This document shows, one piece after another, positions 12,574-23,572 of a stretch of 64,000 bases of DNA. Below the pieces are notes generated by a model, which saw only the letters and a program-made list of their open reading frames with translations, did not search any database and was not told the DNA's origin. The DNA is from Ginglymostoma cirratum (taxonomy: Eukaryota). The translations under genes and the position numbers were made by a program. Within the stretch, counting starts at the first letter, position 1, and each line of letters opens with the position of its first letter. The DNA lies in contig JAHRHZ010000009.1 of assembly GCA_024137785.1 (NCBI GenBank), forward strand, positions 26,071,890 through 26,135,889, in the 5' to 3' direction.

Positions 12574-12930
12574 GTCAGAGATGCTTATAGAATGTGCTTT
12601 CAAGTACAGCTTTACAAGCTTCAGTGGTTGTCATATTAACTTAAAGAAAATTATACCATTTGCATTTCACTTACAAGACATTTCATACTTCCCATCAGCA
12701 AGCATAATATTGAAAACATTTGCTTGTGTTGTGCATTATAACATGCTAAATCAGTAAATGCCTCTGCAGCCAATGAAATAGTTTTGTCTATCTGTGCAAA
12801 ACTAACACGTACTATGTCATATCAGCTTAATGTACAAGCTCTTTGGAAAAACAACATAGCATGTTACTTTGTCTGCTATGTGTATATTCTGGCAGATAAA
12901 CCTTATGATACAGGATGTTTCTAACAATAG

Positions 12931-13209
12931 CCAAAAGCAGCCGAGTGTCTGTGTGGTGAATGAAGAATCCGCAAAAGCTTCCCAACCACTTTGGGATGAA
13001 TCTGCTTCTGAGGAAGAGCAAGATGCCAGTCCGGACATAGAAAAGGATGACCTGTTTACACGTAAACTGAACCCAGTGTTACCAGTGAAAAGTGTGACCT
13101 TTGATAGATTCCTACCAAAGAATTGGACTGCAAAGGAAGAAGAACAGTGGAGACAAATCCAGTTGGGTTCTCGAAGCAGACCATGGTATAAGGAGCTTCA
13201 GTACATCAG
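12931..13209 (+). CDS. LMO7: LMO7 cassette-type exon (QKQPSV...SPDIEKDDLFTRKLNPV...FDRFLPKNWT...PWYKELQYI)
   Basis: ctaacaatag|C...ATCAG|gtttgt, 279 nt, phase 2-2; resembles recalled human KDDLYVRKLSPV..FDQFLPKCWT..PWYKEFQ; start chosen by phase compatibility. Confidence 0.85.
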
Positions 13210-13324
13210 GTTTGTCTTTACCTGACGGCAGTAGCATTTACTGTGGAGATTTGTCTGTAGATCAATTATCCGTGATCACTTGCACAAGATGTGATCCATA
13301 GTTCATTAACAGTACTAGCTGCCT

Positions 13325-13570
13325 CGGATTTGAACTTGAACTTAATCTAGCCCAACACTTCACTGCAGTTCTGAAGGAGTGCTGTATTGTCAGAAATACT
13401 GTCTTTCAAATGAGACATTAAACTAAGACCCTCTTTTGCCTTGTCCAAGTATTTGAAGAAGGGCTAGGGTGATTCTTAAATTGGAATAGTGACAACCGTT
13501 CAAAGGTCCATTATTTTTGCAGATGGAATGTCTTGAGGTTCTGAAAGATGTTTTATAAATGCAATTTCAT
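13325..13570 (+). mobile_element. Deu-domain SINE remnant (AmnSINE1/SacSINE1-like)
   Basis: ctgcagttctgaaggagtgctgtattgtcagaaatactgtctttcaaatgagacattaaac resembles the recalled Deu core gtgcagtactgagggagtgctgcactgtcggaggtgccgtctttcggatgagacgttaaac; tail ttataaatgcaa. Confidence 0.7.
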
Positions 13571-14168
13571 TCTGCATTTCCATAAAGGCCTTTATTTGTG
13601 AGTACTTTATTAACTCAAATTGAGCCTGGTTTATTGTACTACCTTTTTCTGCTTTTCTCTTAACATTTTCCCTTTTTTTGGTTATGACATTCCTGTGGCG
13701 GTTTTGGATTCTTTTGATTCACTAAATTTAGCAAATGTACGCAGTGTCTGGTTGACACGATGGTGTCAGCAACGACTGTTAGGCGATAAACCAAAATAAT
13801 TGGAACTTAAGCAATCTGTAAACTAAGAATTTCAACTGAACAAAGGATTTGGATCACTAGATATTTGATTGGTGGGTTTTGGATGTTAAAATTCATGCTC
13901 ATGGTTGCTTCTTGAGTGCTTAATTTTCTTTCGTAAATTGAGTTTTAAAGAATTTGATTTGAAGCTTCATGACTGTGAAATTGTAATGAAAAAGAATTTA
14001 TTTTTGCAAAATAAAATTTGCAAAAGTAGGCAGCTACTTCACCTTTTAAACTAATTGTAATTTGGTACGTCTTGATTTTAAGTATCTTGCTGGTAACCTT
14101 GACCGATGTTTGCTTTTCACTTTCCCTCTGATTCTCTTTCCTCACTGTTCGGCCGTCCCAACTTGCAG

Positions 14169-14363
14169 AAGGAAGCCATCCGAGTTGCAAGAGGATGCCA
14201 ACTACTTCACTATTAACAAAGCTAGCACTGAAAAGACACAGGAGTCCGACACTGAACATTGCTGTAAGGGTGATTCACGGCTTAACACGCAAACTATAAA
14301 ATCTGCAGGAACTGTGTGCCAAGGATGGGTGGCAGGTGTCACTCGCACTATAGATGAACAAAG
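14169..14363 (+). CDS. LMO7: LMO7 putative cassette exon (RKPSELQEDANYFTINK...GVTRTIDEQ)
   Basis: long pyrimidine tract then ttgcag|A...CAAAG|gttgct, 195 nt, phase 2-2, open frame; no homology recognised. Confidence 0.6.
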
Positions 14364-15037
14364 GTTGCTGTTTATGTATAATTCCTAAATAGATTAACAA
14401 TTAGCACTCATTGCATTGGTTTATTTTGCTTTGTTTTAAAAATAAATTGATGCAGCCTCTATGCTTGAGCATTTCATATTGCATCAATTTTCGTTAGATC
14501 AAGTCTGAAATTAATAAAGCAGCATATGAAAGATCTTAAGTTATTGCTGGCTGAATGTCACTTATGATAGTTATATTAATGTGCTACATTGCAGTATACT
14601 AAATTTCAATCATGTGCTGGGCTGCTATTGCTATATTTAGTGAGAAACTGCTTCCTTTAAACTGGATGCTACTTTGGTGATTTAAGGACAATTACCTAGC
14701 TCCTTTTAATATAAAAACCATGTCTACTGTACTGAGTGAGGCTTGAAATCTGGCTTCAGTTAATACAAAAGTGTAAAGTGTTCTATACGCTTGAAGCACC
14801 TATCTGCTATAAAAACTTACATATCAAAAAAAGTCCTGCAGGCTTTGTTATCATAGGCACCTCTCATCCGCTGCTCAAATTATTGGCACATATTGTTACA
14901 ATGCTTTCCATCTGCCTTGCTGTTTCTGGCCATTTCTTACTTTGCTTTGGTAGAATGCAGATTTTATTCTCTTGATAATTTTCCAGTAAATATTTCCTTT
15001 CCTTTTCTTTCCACTTCTATTAATGGGGGAACAAAAG

Positions 15038-15760
15038 CCTGTTTCCACTACGTCAAGCTCTAGATGCAAGTGCTACTTATTCTGAATTGGCAGACTTCTC
15101 GGTTTCCAGACCAAAGGTTGACCCAGCTGCAGGTCCTAGAATTCTAAGACAGAAACAAAATTCCTCCCTGACCCAGCAGTCCCATTCTGCCAAGCAGGAG
15201 GAGGAAGCCAACCAGGAATTGGAACCAGATTTGGAAAATGATGACATGTTCAGCCGTAAAACTGGTGCTTTTCACGCGAATCCTGACCTGAAACCTTTGT
15301 GCTGTGAGGATCGAACCAGTACTGGATCAAATGACTCAATTGAGCGTCTCGTTGCGCAGGAACGAAGAGACAAAACTATAATTCCGGATCCTGAGAAAGA
15401 CGATGTGGTTCTTAGGAAAGAACGCTTTTCTCAAACAAAGCAAATGTCGCCATCAGGTGCTCCAGACATCTACAATCCGATTCCTTTTCCAGATTTCTCG
15501 AGCTTGCCTGTATCACTCCGCTCCAGGTTCCTTTGTCCAGCTGAAGAAGTTTCTGAAGAGGCAGAAACGTGTGTGAATGCATTGCCGTGCCCAGTAAGGG
15601 ATGACATGCTTTCTCGCAGAATGGCTTTGTCCCAGGCTAACCAAACGGTACACTGTCGAAACTTTGCTCCTGGCTCATGTAGTGAGGAGGATGCAAAGAA
15701 GTGGGAGACTATAAGGGAGGCCAGCAGATTAAGATACAAGAAGCGGCAGCTGGTTGAGAG
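15038..15760 (+). CDS. LMO7: LMO7 large cassette-type exon (LFPLRQALDASATYS...KVDPAAGPRIL...EPDLENDDMFSRKTGAFHANP...SGAPDIYNP...WETIREASRLRYKKRQLVE)
   Basis: acaaaag|C...GAGAG|gtcagg, 723 nt, phase 2-2; strong similarity to recalled LMO7 PDLENDDFFVRKTGAFHANP and WEAIREASRLRHKKRLMVER; alternative in-frame acceptor at 15110. Confidence 0.9.
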
Positions 15761-16348
15761 GTCAGGGGGTGTTGTAGCTATAAATGTGCGTTCCACCCAT
15801 GTCTCTGAACTGAATAAGACAAATCCCTGTCACATGGACTAAATCATGCATGAAGAGTGAACTTGTAGAATTTCTGTGACATTGACTTGTTCTAATATAA
15901 GATGTTTTGTACTGGTTTCTTTCGCTAATCGTTTCCCAACCAAGCATGACATGGCACTCCATCAGATGTTTAATGACTATCCCAAGATTGGCGTTTCAAA
16001 GGTGACGAGAATAGCTAGCAATATTTGCAGTTACTCGTGATCGAATGACACTATCCACTTCTATAAAGAATAATAAATGAAGTGCTTAATTTTTGTACAT
16101 TGGCATAGTGACTGTTATTCATAGTGTAGTGGTCAATCCATAATTTGGGAGAATTGCTTTTACATTTATCATCTTGCAGTTGCAGAAATGTATTGCAAGG
16201 GATTAACATTTTTTCCAATACCTTCAACTATTTGTGTTCCAGACAAAATACAACACAAACAAAAGTAGGCACTTTTAAGATATTTTATAGATATGATATT
16301 GGAAATATAATGAAATATTTGCATTAATGGTAAAGCAGGAGAAAACCT

Positions 16349-16660
16349 CCATAGAATCCCTACAGTGTAGAAGCAGGGCTTTCAGCCTAACAAGTCCGCT
16401 CCAACCTGTCTGAAGAATGTCTCGCATAGACCCATCCCCTTACTCAATAATTACCATGGCTAACACACCTAACCTACACATCCCTGGATACTATGGGTAA
16501 TTTAGCTTGGCAATTCACCTAACTTGCATATCTTCAGACTGTGGGAGGAAACAACAGCACGCAGAGGAAACACAGACAGTCACCTCAGGGTGGAATCGAA
16601 CCTGAGTCCCTGGCGCTGTGAAGCAGCGGTGCTAACCGCTGAGCTATTGTGTTGCCCCTA
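16349..16660 (-). mobile_element. tRNA-derived SINE (HE1/V-SINE-like), near full length
   Basis: minus-strand head with A-box (tagctcagcggttagc) and B-box (ggttcgattcc); LINE-like tail gtagggattctatg. Confidence 0.85.
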
Positions 16661-17534
16661 TTGTTTCAATAAATGTCTGTTACTATATACAAAGATGAAG
16701 GGGATATCTGCGCTGGATTTTACAGCCTCCCTTTTGGGTGTGTTTTCAGCAGTGACCTGACCACTGGCTCTCTGTTCATTCCCTACCTATTTCTCTCAAA
16801 TTAGTAGGTAGCTGGGAACTGGCATGACCATTGTTGATAAGATTAATGGGCAATCGAGCTTGTAAAGCTAATGAACTGAAATGTTAGGATGCTCATCCCA
16901 TGATATGGTGAAATTTGAGGCATTCAAGAGGGTGTTAGACAATCATTTGAAATGAATGAATGTGCAGGGATAAGGGGAAAGGCTGTACATTTCTGGTTCA
17001 GATATGATGGGATGAATGACCACCCCCTGATCCATAACGATTTCATAATTGAGTAGGTATATCACGTTTTTTGAAAATGAAAGGTTATGAAGGACTGTTT
17101 TTCTCTCGCTCACTTTCTTCTCTCCTACCCATACCAATGACCACCACCCTGGGCTGGCTAGTCCTGGGACTTGCTCTGTTATGGATACCAGGGATGCTGT
17201 TATTTCCAGTTACAATCACAACAGATTCCACAACTCAGTGTTGGCACCGAGGATCAGACGGTCAATCAAATGGCTGGTAGCTTTGAAGTTGGAACTTGCC
17301 CCACTGAGGGTTCTAAGTTTTCCAATGTAAAGCCATCACCAGTGCTTTACTGCTGTGGGATGGACTTAGTTAACATGGGTCATCTAATATCTGGCATTTC
17401 ATCATGGGTGGGAGACATGAGAAATAGGCCCCCCTTTCCTCAATAAAATTCAACTCCTGCGGCATCATGTTTTCAGTATCTCGTGGTACAGTCTTTTTCA
17501 GTGCAAAATAAAAGTATTTTCATTGGAAAACAAA

Positions 17535-17770
17535 ATGTACATGCTGAAAATCTGAAATAAACGCACAAGTCTGTGTGGAGAGAGAAGAAAAATTAGCACT
17601 TTTTAGATCAATGGCGTTTCATCAGAGCTGCAAAAGGTCAGAGATGGAATCGGTTTTAACCAGATCCAAAGGCATAGAAAGTCAAGAGTGGAGAATAGAG
17701 TACAAGGAGAAGTCTGTGACAGGGTGGAAGACAGGTAGGATTAAATGACAGGAAAAACGATGGGGCAAAG
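17535..17770 (-). mobile_element. old Penelope-like terminal-repeat remnant
   Basis: atgctgaaaatctgaaataaa...tgtggagagaga...tttcatcagagctg; same layout as 55795-55915. Confidence 0.55.
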
Positions 17771-17789
17771 CAAATGTGATAGAGACTAG

Positions 17790-17909
17790 GAAGGCTGACC
17801 AGGAAGGTCAGCCTTCCTGCTCCTCTGATGCTGCTTGGCCTGCCGTGTTCATCCAGCTCTACACCTTGTCATCTCAGATTCGCCAGCATCTGCAGTTCCT
17901 ACTATCTCC
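17790..17909 (+). mobile_element. short Penelope-like 3' terminal fragment with 14-bp target-site duplication
   Basis: near-identical to the reverse complement of 38940-39040; flanked by GTGATAGAGACTAG at 17776-17789 and 17910-17923. Confidence 0.9.
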
Positions 17910-18118
17910 GTGATAGAGACTAGTTGTATTGAAGGCTAATTTGCATATCAGCAAGTGGGCAGATATTAAAATGCTAGTGGTGCAAATCTCTAGAGATCCC
18001 AATACTTTGTGGATGGTGATGTGTTTACCGTAGCTGGCTTTTGGGGTCTGCGTTACATTCAGCCTTCATAATCTTGCTTGTGCTATACCACAAACATTGC
18101 TCAGACCTTTGAGTATAT

Positions 18119-18571
18119 GATGTTGATGAGGCCTCTTCTAGAATACTGTGTGCAGTTGTGGTTGTCCTGTTATAGGAAGGATATTATTAAGCTGGAGAGG
18201 GTTAGCGAGAGATTTACCAGGATGTTGTTAGGAATGGAGGGTTTGAGTTATAAGGAGAGGCTGGATGGTCTGGGACTTTATTCACTGGAGCATGGGAGGT
18301 TGAAATGTGACCTTTATAGAGGTTTATAAAATCATGAGGGGTTTAGATAAGGTGAATGGTAGGTATCTTTTCTCAAAAGTGGGGATTTTAAGACTGGGAG
18401 CATATTTCTTAAGGTGAGAGGAGAAAGTTGAAAAATCATGAGTGCTGTTTTTGACACAGTGGTTCATGTCTGGAATGAACTTCCAGAAGAAGTAGTGGAC
18501 GTGGGTACAGTTACAATGTTTGAAAGACACTTAGTTAAGTATGTGAATAAGAAATGTTTGGAGGGATATGG
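18119..18571 (+). mobile_element. CR1-type LINE 3' ORF2 fragment
   Basis: RPLLEYCVQLW...KLERV..RFTRML..GLSYKERLD.LGLYSLE. Confidence 0.92.
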
Positions 18572-18697
18572 GAAGGGTCCAGGCCTGAAACGTCAAGTTT
18601 TCCTGCTCCTATGATGCTGCTTGGCCGGCTGTGTTCATCCAGCCCCACACCTTGTTATCTCGGATTCTCCAGCATCTGCAGTACCTTTTGTCTCTGA
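18572..18697 (+). mobile_element. short Penelope-like 3' terminal fragment
   Basis: gaagggtccaggcctgaaacgtcaag...ctccagcatctgcag; same family as 17790, 45529 and 38939-39070. Confidence 0.88.
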
Positions 18698-19762
18698 TCA
18701 CCTTCAAAGCAAGTTGGTAGTAATTATTGGTCTCCATTTAACTATTTGAAAATGTTTTAAAACAGGTGAGCATGATAACTGGAAAAAGATTAGAGAATAT
18801 AAAATGAACTCGGATTTTAAATAGCAACGTCTAACTGTTGCCCTTCCACAAAGAAATGTTCAGATAGAGTACTAGTTGCAGCATGACATTGGCTTTTTAT
18901 CAACGTATGATAATTTTCATGTGTGCCCCGGTTTAATACAAGTTTGCATGCTTGAAACTGATTTTACAATTGTTAATTCTTCATAATGATGCTGAGTTTG
19001 TTTAATACTGAAATTGTAATACAGCAGCAATTGTATTTGGAACTCAATAAAAGTGACAATAAGATATTGGGTGTTTAATAATACTTTGTAAATCTCTCAA
19101 AGATCGATAACAGTAAGACTGAGATCAATTGTCCCCCTTCATCACATGCTTAGTTTATGTTAGTTACGTAGTAAGATATTAAAAACCTGTTGCATTCACT
19201 TGCAATCTCTTGTTAATGTGAAGTACAGGATCCATGCCTACGTATTGATGTATAAACGAAAGGACTACCATGTCATTTTGTTTAAGTCGATGTTAGAGAT
19301 GGCAATCTATACACGACATCTTCAAACGTGTTTGAATTTATAGCAATATTTTAGAGCTTTGATATCAATTGTGTTTCACATTACCATTCTTTGATATTAA
19401 TTTCACCCAGATGAGATGGCTTCAAAATATATTTTTGGTGTCTTATATTTGCAAAATATTTTTTGCATATCTAAATTTCAGATAATCTATCATATTTATT
19501 TCTGATATGAAGTTGACATTTAATCAACAGTAGATAACTAGCAAACTCTGATATAGACAGATTATTTGGGTGCAACTTGTTAGTTTAGTTTGGGAACATG
19601 GTTGGTGTGGACTGGTTGGACCGAAGGGTCTGTTTCCATAGTGTGTGTCTTTATTCCAAAATAACACACACCCAAGTTTACAACTGGAACCACCTTATTG
19701 TAACCCACTTTGCGGTGTTAAATGTTACATTTTGTTTTTATTGGTTCTCTTCAATTCTTTAG

Positions 19763-19795
19763 ACTTCTCCAAAGGTCAGCTGATAGTGATTTAGG
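19763..19795 (+). CDS. LMO7: LMO7 33-nt microexon (LLQRSADSDL)
   Basis: ttctttag|A CTT CTC CAA AGG TCA GCT GAT AGT GAT TTA GG|gtaagt, phase 2-2; position corresponds to recalled human LFQKIYGENG between ...VER and SKS... Confidence 0.8.
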
Positions 19796-20349
19796 GTAAG
19801 TTTAACCAAGTCTAAAGTGCTTAGCTATATGTGTGCAATGTGTGTTTTGTACTGTGCTTGTGTGTGCTAAACAAACATAACCTGCTTGCAAAATAAGACT
19901 AATGAAGTAATGTGCTGATAAACTCTCAGCTGAGAGTTTAATTCTCATTCTCTGCTCAGTTTCATATCCTGATGCATTCAATCTGTTTAGAATGTCCAGT
20001 AAGTTTACAGTTATGTGTTTTTGGCTGTTTGCAGCAGGCAATATAATAAAACAGCACATTGAAGCTAATGCAGCTTTAACCTATAACAGACAAGTGAACG
20101 ATGAGGTTTATGTTAAGAGGTCTTCTTCACGTTTAGTCCACCGACTTGTAATTGAGATCAATTAAAATAAATTCTGCCTTAAAGACAGCTCAGATTTTTA
20201 GTGCAATACAAATGAACTTCCAAGATATTCACTCTTAAAATGGTACTTGCATTCATAATATTTTTGATTACTGACTACAAAACCTGCTTTTTGTTTTAAG
20301 AAGAAGAGCAGATTATGGGTAAAATAACTCGTACTGACTTAGTGTCAGT

Positions 20350-20550
20350 ATAGGTAAAGTTGCTGTAGCCCCAGAGGACTGTAGGGCTGCTCTCTTGTTA
20401 GAGAGGCATGACTGATGTTGGATTTAACCTGAAGGTCAACACACCTCAGGTGGGGGGTGAGAGTGAGAAGGAGAGTCCTTCACTGTATCCTCAGCTGGTG
20501 TGGGAACTGAACCCATCCTGTTGCTATTGCTTGGCATCGCAAACCACCTA
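20350..20550 (-). mobile_element. tRNA-derived SINE remnant
   Basis: minus-strand B-box-like gggttcagttcccacaccagctgag, then cctgaggtg...aggttaaat core; family not determined. Confidence 0.6.
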
Positions 20551-22214
20551 TCCAGGCAATGCCCTCTCCTCTCTTCTCACACACGCACAAGCATCCTCCC
20601 TCAACTGACACCATTGGCCAGTACTTGTGTAAAGATCAAACAATTTATCACTATCCTGTTGGGTCTTGTGGGAGAATAATAAACCAGATTGATTCATTTT
20701 CTGTTTAAAATCTCAAGATTAACTTACTATGGATGTTTTTTTTCAAAAAGTTAATGATTTTTAGCTTTCCTTAATTTAGTTTGCCAAATTTTTCATAAAT
20801 ACTTAGTATGTAAATCAAAAAATGGAAACATTGCATTCCTGTGTGGATTGAAAGCTGCCTCGAACTCCAGCCATCTTCTGTGCTTCTCGGTATGTCTAAG
20901 TACAATAGACAAGCGAGCATTCATATAGTGGACTGAGTTTGTTTGCTTAAAAAAAACCAAGCATAATTGTTTCAATGACAGTTAACAGGAGCCAAGGCTC
21001 AAGTAGGTTAATCACATTTAAAGGTCTGCCAGTTCTAAAATTGAGACCTATAAGTGTGTGGCCTGCTATTCGCTGTCACTGCACTGCTCTTTTCTATGTG
21101 CTTCACTTCATTGTTTAGACAATTTATTACGAATTCTTTACAAATCTGATATAAAGTTAAGAACTCCTGAGGTCAGTGTTGCAGCTGTTAGAATATGATA
21201 TGCAACTAATGCAGCTGGCATGCTAAGCGGTGATGGTCAAAAATAGCTGTATATTGCAGTTGGTTTGGCAGAACAGGTGCAAAGCAATGTTTGGCTTACT
21301 TGCAGCTTGATTTGACTTTGGCTGATGATGTGTTAACAGTTATTTGCATGGTCACTTAACAATTGCTCAGTTGTAATATGTATCCTAAATTCTACAGTAA
21401 ACACAAAGTATGCACCTGAATGCACTACTATGTCATACACCTGTTATTGTCTTGGATACTTTATTGTCCCATGAAGTAATAGCTTTGGTCTTTTTATTTT
21501 GTTATTTACTGGGTGACAGGGAGTCTTTTTGGATTCCTCGTGCCTCATGGTATTTCTAATTAGGGTATTCCTGGCATCCAAGCTGATCAGAGAATGGTCA
21601 TCTAATATTAGTTGGTAATTGATCTTATATTCCTTACCCTCTGTCTGACCACACAGGTTACCCATCCTTTTTGTTAGCATTTCAACTTGTCACATACACA
21701 AAGCAGCATGTTTCAAATCTTTGTTTCAGTTGATTTTTTTTTTAATGATTTTCAGTACTAACTTGGTAATTAATAACACGTTTCTTTGTAAATTGAAGAG
21801 AATTCAAACAAGTCCAAATTGCAGAAATCTTCAGATGTGTTTAACTATCAAGAGTTCCCGGATAAGTGTGTTCACAGATTTGCTGAACAGGATAATTACT
21901 TGAAGCTCAATGTTTCTGTTCACTAAGTAGCCAGTATATGTGCGAGCAGTCTTTTCTTCTCAGTTGTGTTAAGCTGAGGCAAGCAAAATAATTTGACCGT
22001 GTGGGGTATACTTCCACAGATTCTAATTTTTTTTTTGTGGAGCAGTCGTTTTTTTTTTAGCTGAGGCATTAATAGATTTGTTTTAATACAGGTCAGGGAG
22101 AATTTCTGAACAATGATTTGACCATTCGTTGTTAAATTGCATCACTGGTCCCCCTGGTGTCTGATATGAACATTGAATTTTTTTTTACAGTACACTAAAC
22201 TTAAATATCTAAGC

Positions 22215-23572
22215 CAGGGTTTCTCAACTTTCTCCACTTCGGAACCCCACCCCTCTCGTTGTTTAAAACTTCCACCACCCTCCTTAAACCACAAATATTA
22301 TTTCTATATAAAAATGATTAATACAATCAAAAATATGTTGATTATTAGGATTGTGTTCCTTGTTTAATATGTAACTCGGTGCTGTTGCCTGGCAACAACT
22401 CTCAACATGTTAGCTGTGGTTCACTCGGTTGCACTCCAGCAATTCCAGGGCTTGAGCACAAAACTCTAGGCGGACTCCTTGGTCACTCCAGTGCAACACC
22501 TGAGCTTGACACTATTTTGAAGAAGAGCAAGGGAGCGTGGGCCGATCGACTTCTTTGGGAAGGAATAAGAGACTCTTTAAAAACATTGGTAAAAGGAGAC
22601 ATGACATTGAAACGGTTTGTCTTGCACTCATCAAGACTAGGATGCAAAAAACTGACCTGGGGGAAGAAAGATACCTATTTCTCCAGGATGAGAAGAAGCT
22701 GCTGATTGTTTGGGCCATCGTTGGCCTGTGGATGCAACAAGAACAGTTAACTGTCAGTCGTAATTCTCAGTCTAGGCAGATAGATTTTGATTAGGCAGGG
22801 TGTTGCCATGGGAACGCAACAGAGATTGGCTGCCTGTAAGACCCCTTTTGTCATGACGAGGTAAGTATGAATTTCTTTGCCTACATTAAACAGGGAATCC
22901 CTATGCAGCTTACAGTACATGGAAATGCATCTCTCTGAATCAGTGCTGATGTGCTTCCAGCAATGTAGTCTATAGGTCCCAAAAACTGGTGGACCATATC
23001 AAACGGCATGTCCCGTTAACTGCTCATGATGGGCAGTATGCTGATCGTGCTCAACCAGCCTGTGCTTACAAGCCTCAAAAGTATACCCACATTAAGATGT
23101 GAATCTGCTATTGGCAATCGTTTATTAAATAATCCGGACTGGACTAAGAAATATATTGGAAATAAATTTAAGATAATCAATCGGCCTCGCACTGTGATGC
23201 GTTTAGATGTGCTAAAAGATACATATTGATTTACAGGACCCTGTGTATGTGGTCATAGGCTAAAATGTTGAGGCTGAGCTCTGATAAAGCAATGGTAAAC
23301 TTCTTTCCTGCTCCTTTTACCATTTTTCACCCCACCCCCACAACCTTCCTTCTGTTATCATAAATCTTCCCTTTTGTCCACCTGGCCTGCCTACGAGGGC
23401 CATGAGAATTTTCAAGCCTCAGTGGGGTCTCATTGGGAGAGAGAAAAGCAAAGCTCTGTAGTAAGTGGTTAATTTATGGGCATATTTGTCTCTTTTTCCG
23501 ACATTCTCATTTTTGATAGGCCCCTAGAAATCATCTCGCCTTCGCTGCTAACTACTCAGTTGAGAACCTCTT
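22215..23572. mobile_element. hAT (Charlie-like) DNA transposon remnant, about 1.36 kb
   Basis: left TIR CAGGGTTTCTCAACT; right TIR AGTTGAGAACCTCTT; flanking 8-mers atctaagc and ctctcagc match 6/8 (decayed 8-bp TSD). Confidence 0.7.

Noticed and set aside
12896-12914. CAG acceptors at 12895 and 12913 as the start of the KDDLFTRK exon
   Set aside because: Both give phase 0, which is incompatible with the upstream phase-2 donors; the TAG at 12930 fits.
16580-16660. tRNA gene (also 8553-8615 and 47760-47785)
   Set aside because: A/B boxes are present but run into SINE bodies; no complete cloverleaf or anticodon arm.
21180-21260. Muscle enhancer or internal promoter (two CAGCTG E-boxes and a MEF2-like tcaaaaatag)
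   Set aside because: The A/T box does not match the YTAWWWWTAR consensus, and short motifs alone are insufficient without conservation or chromatin data.
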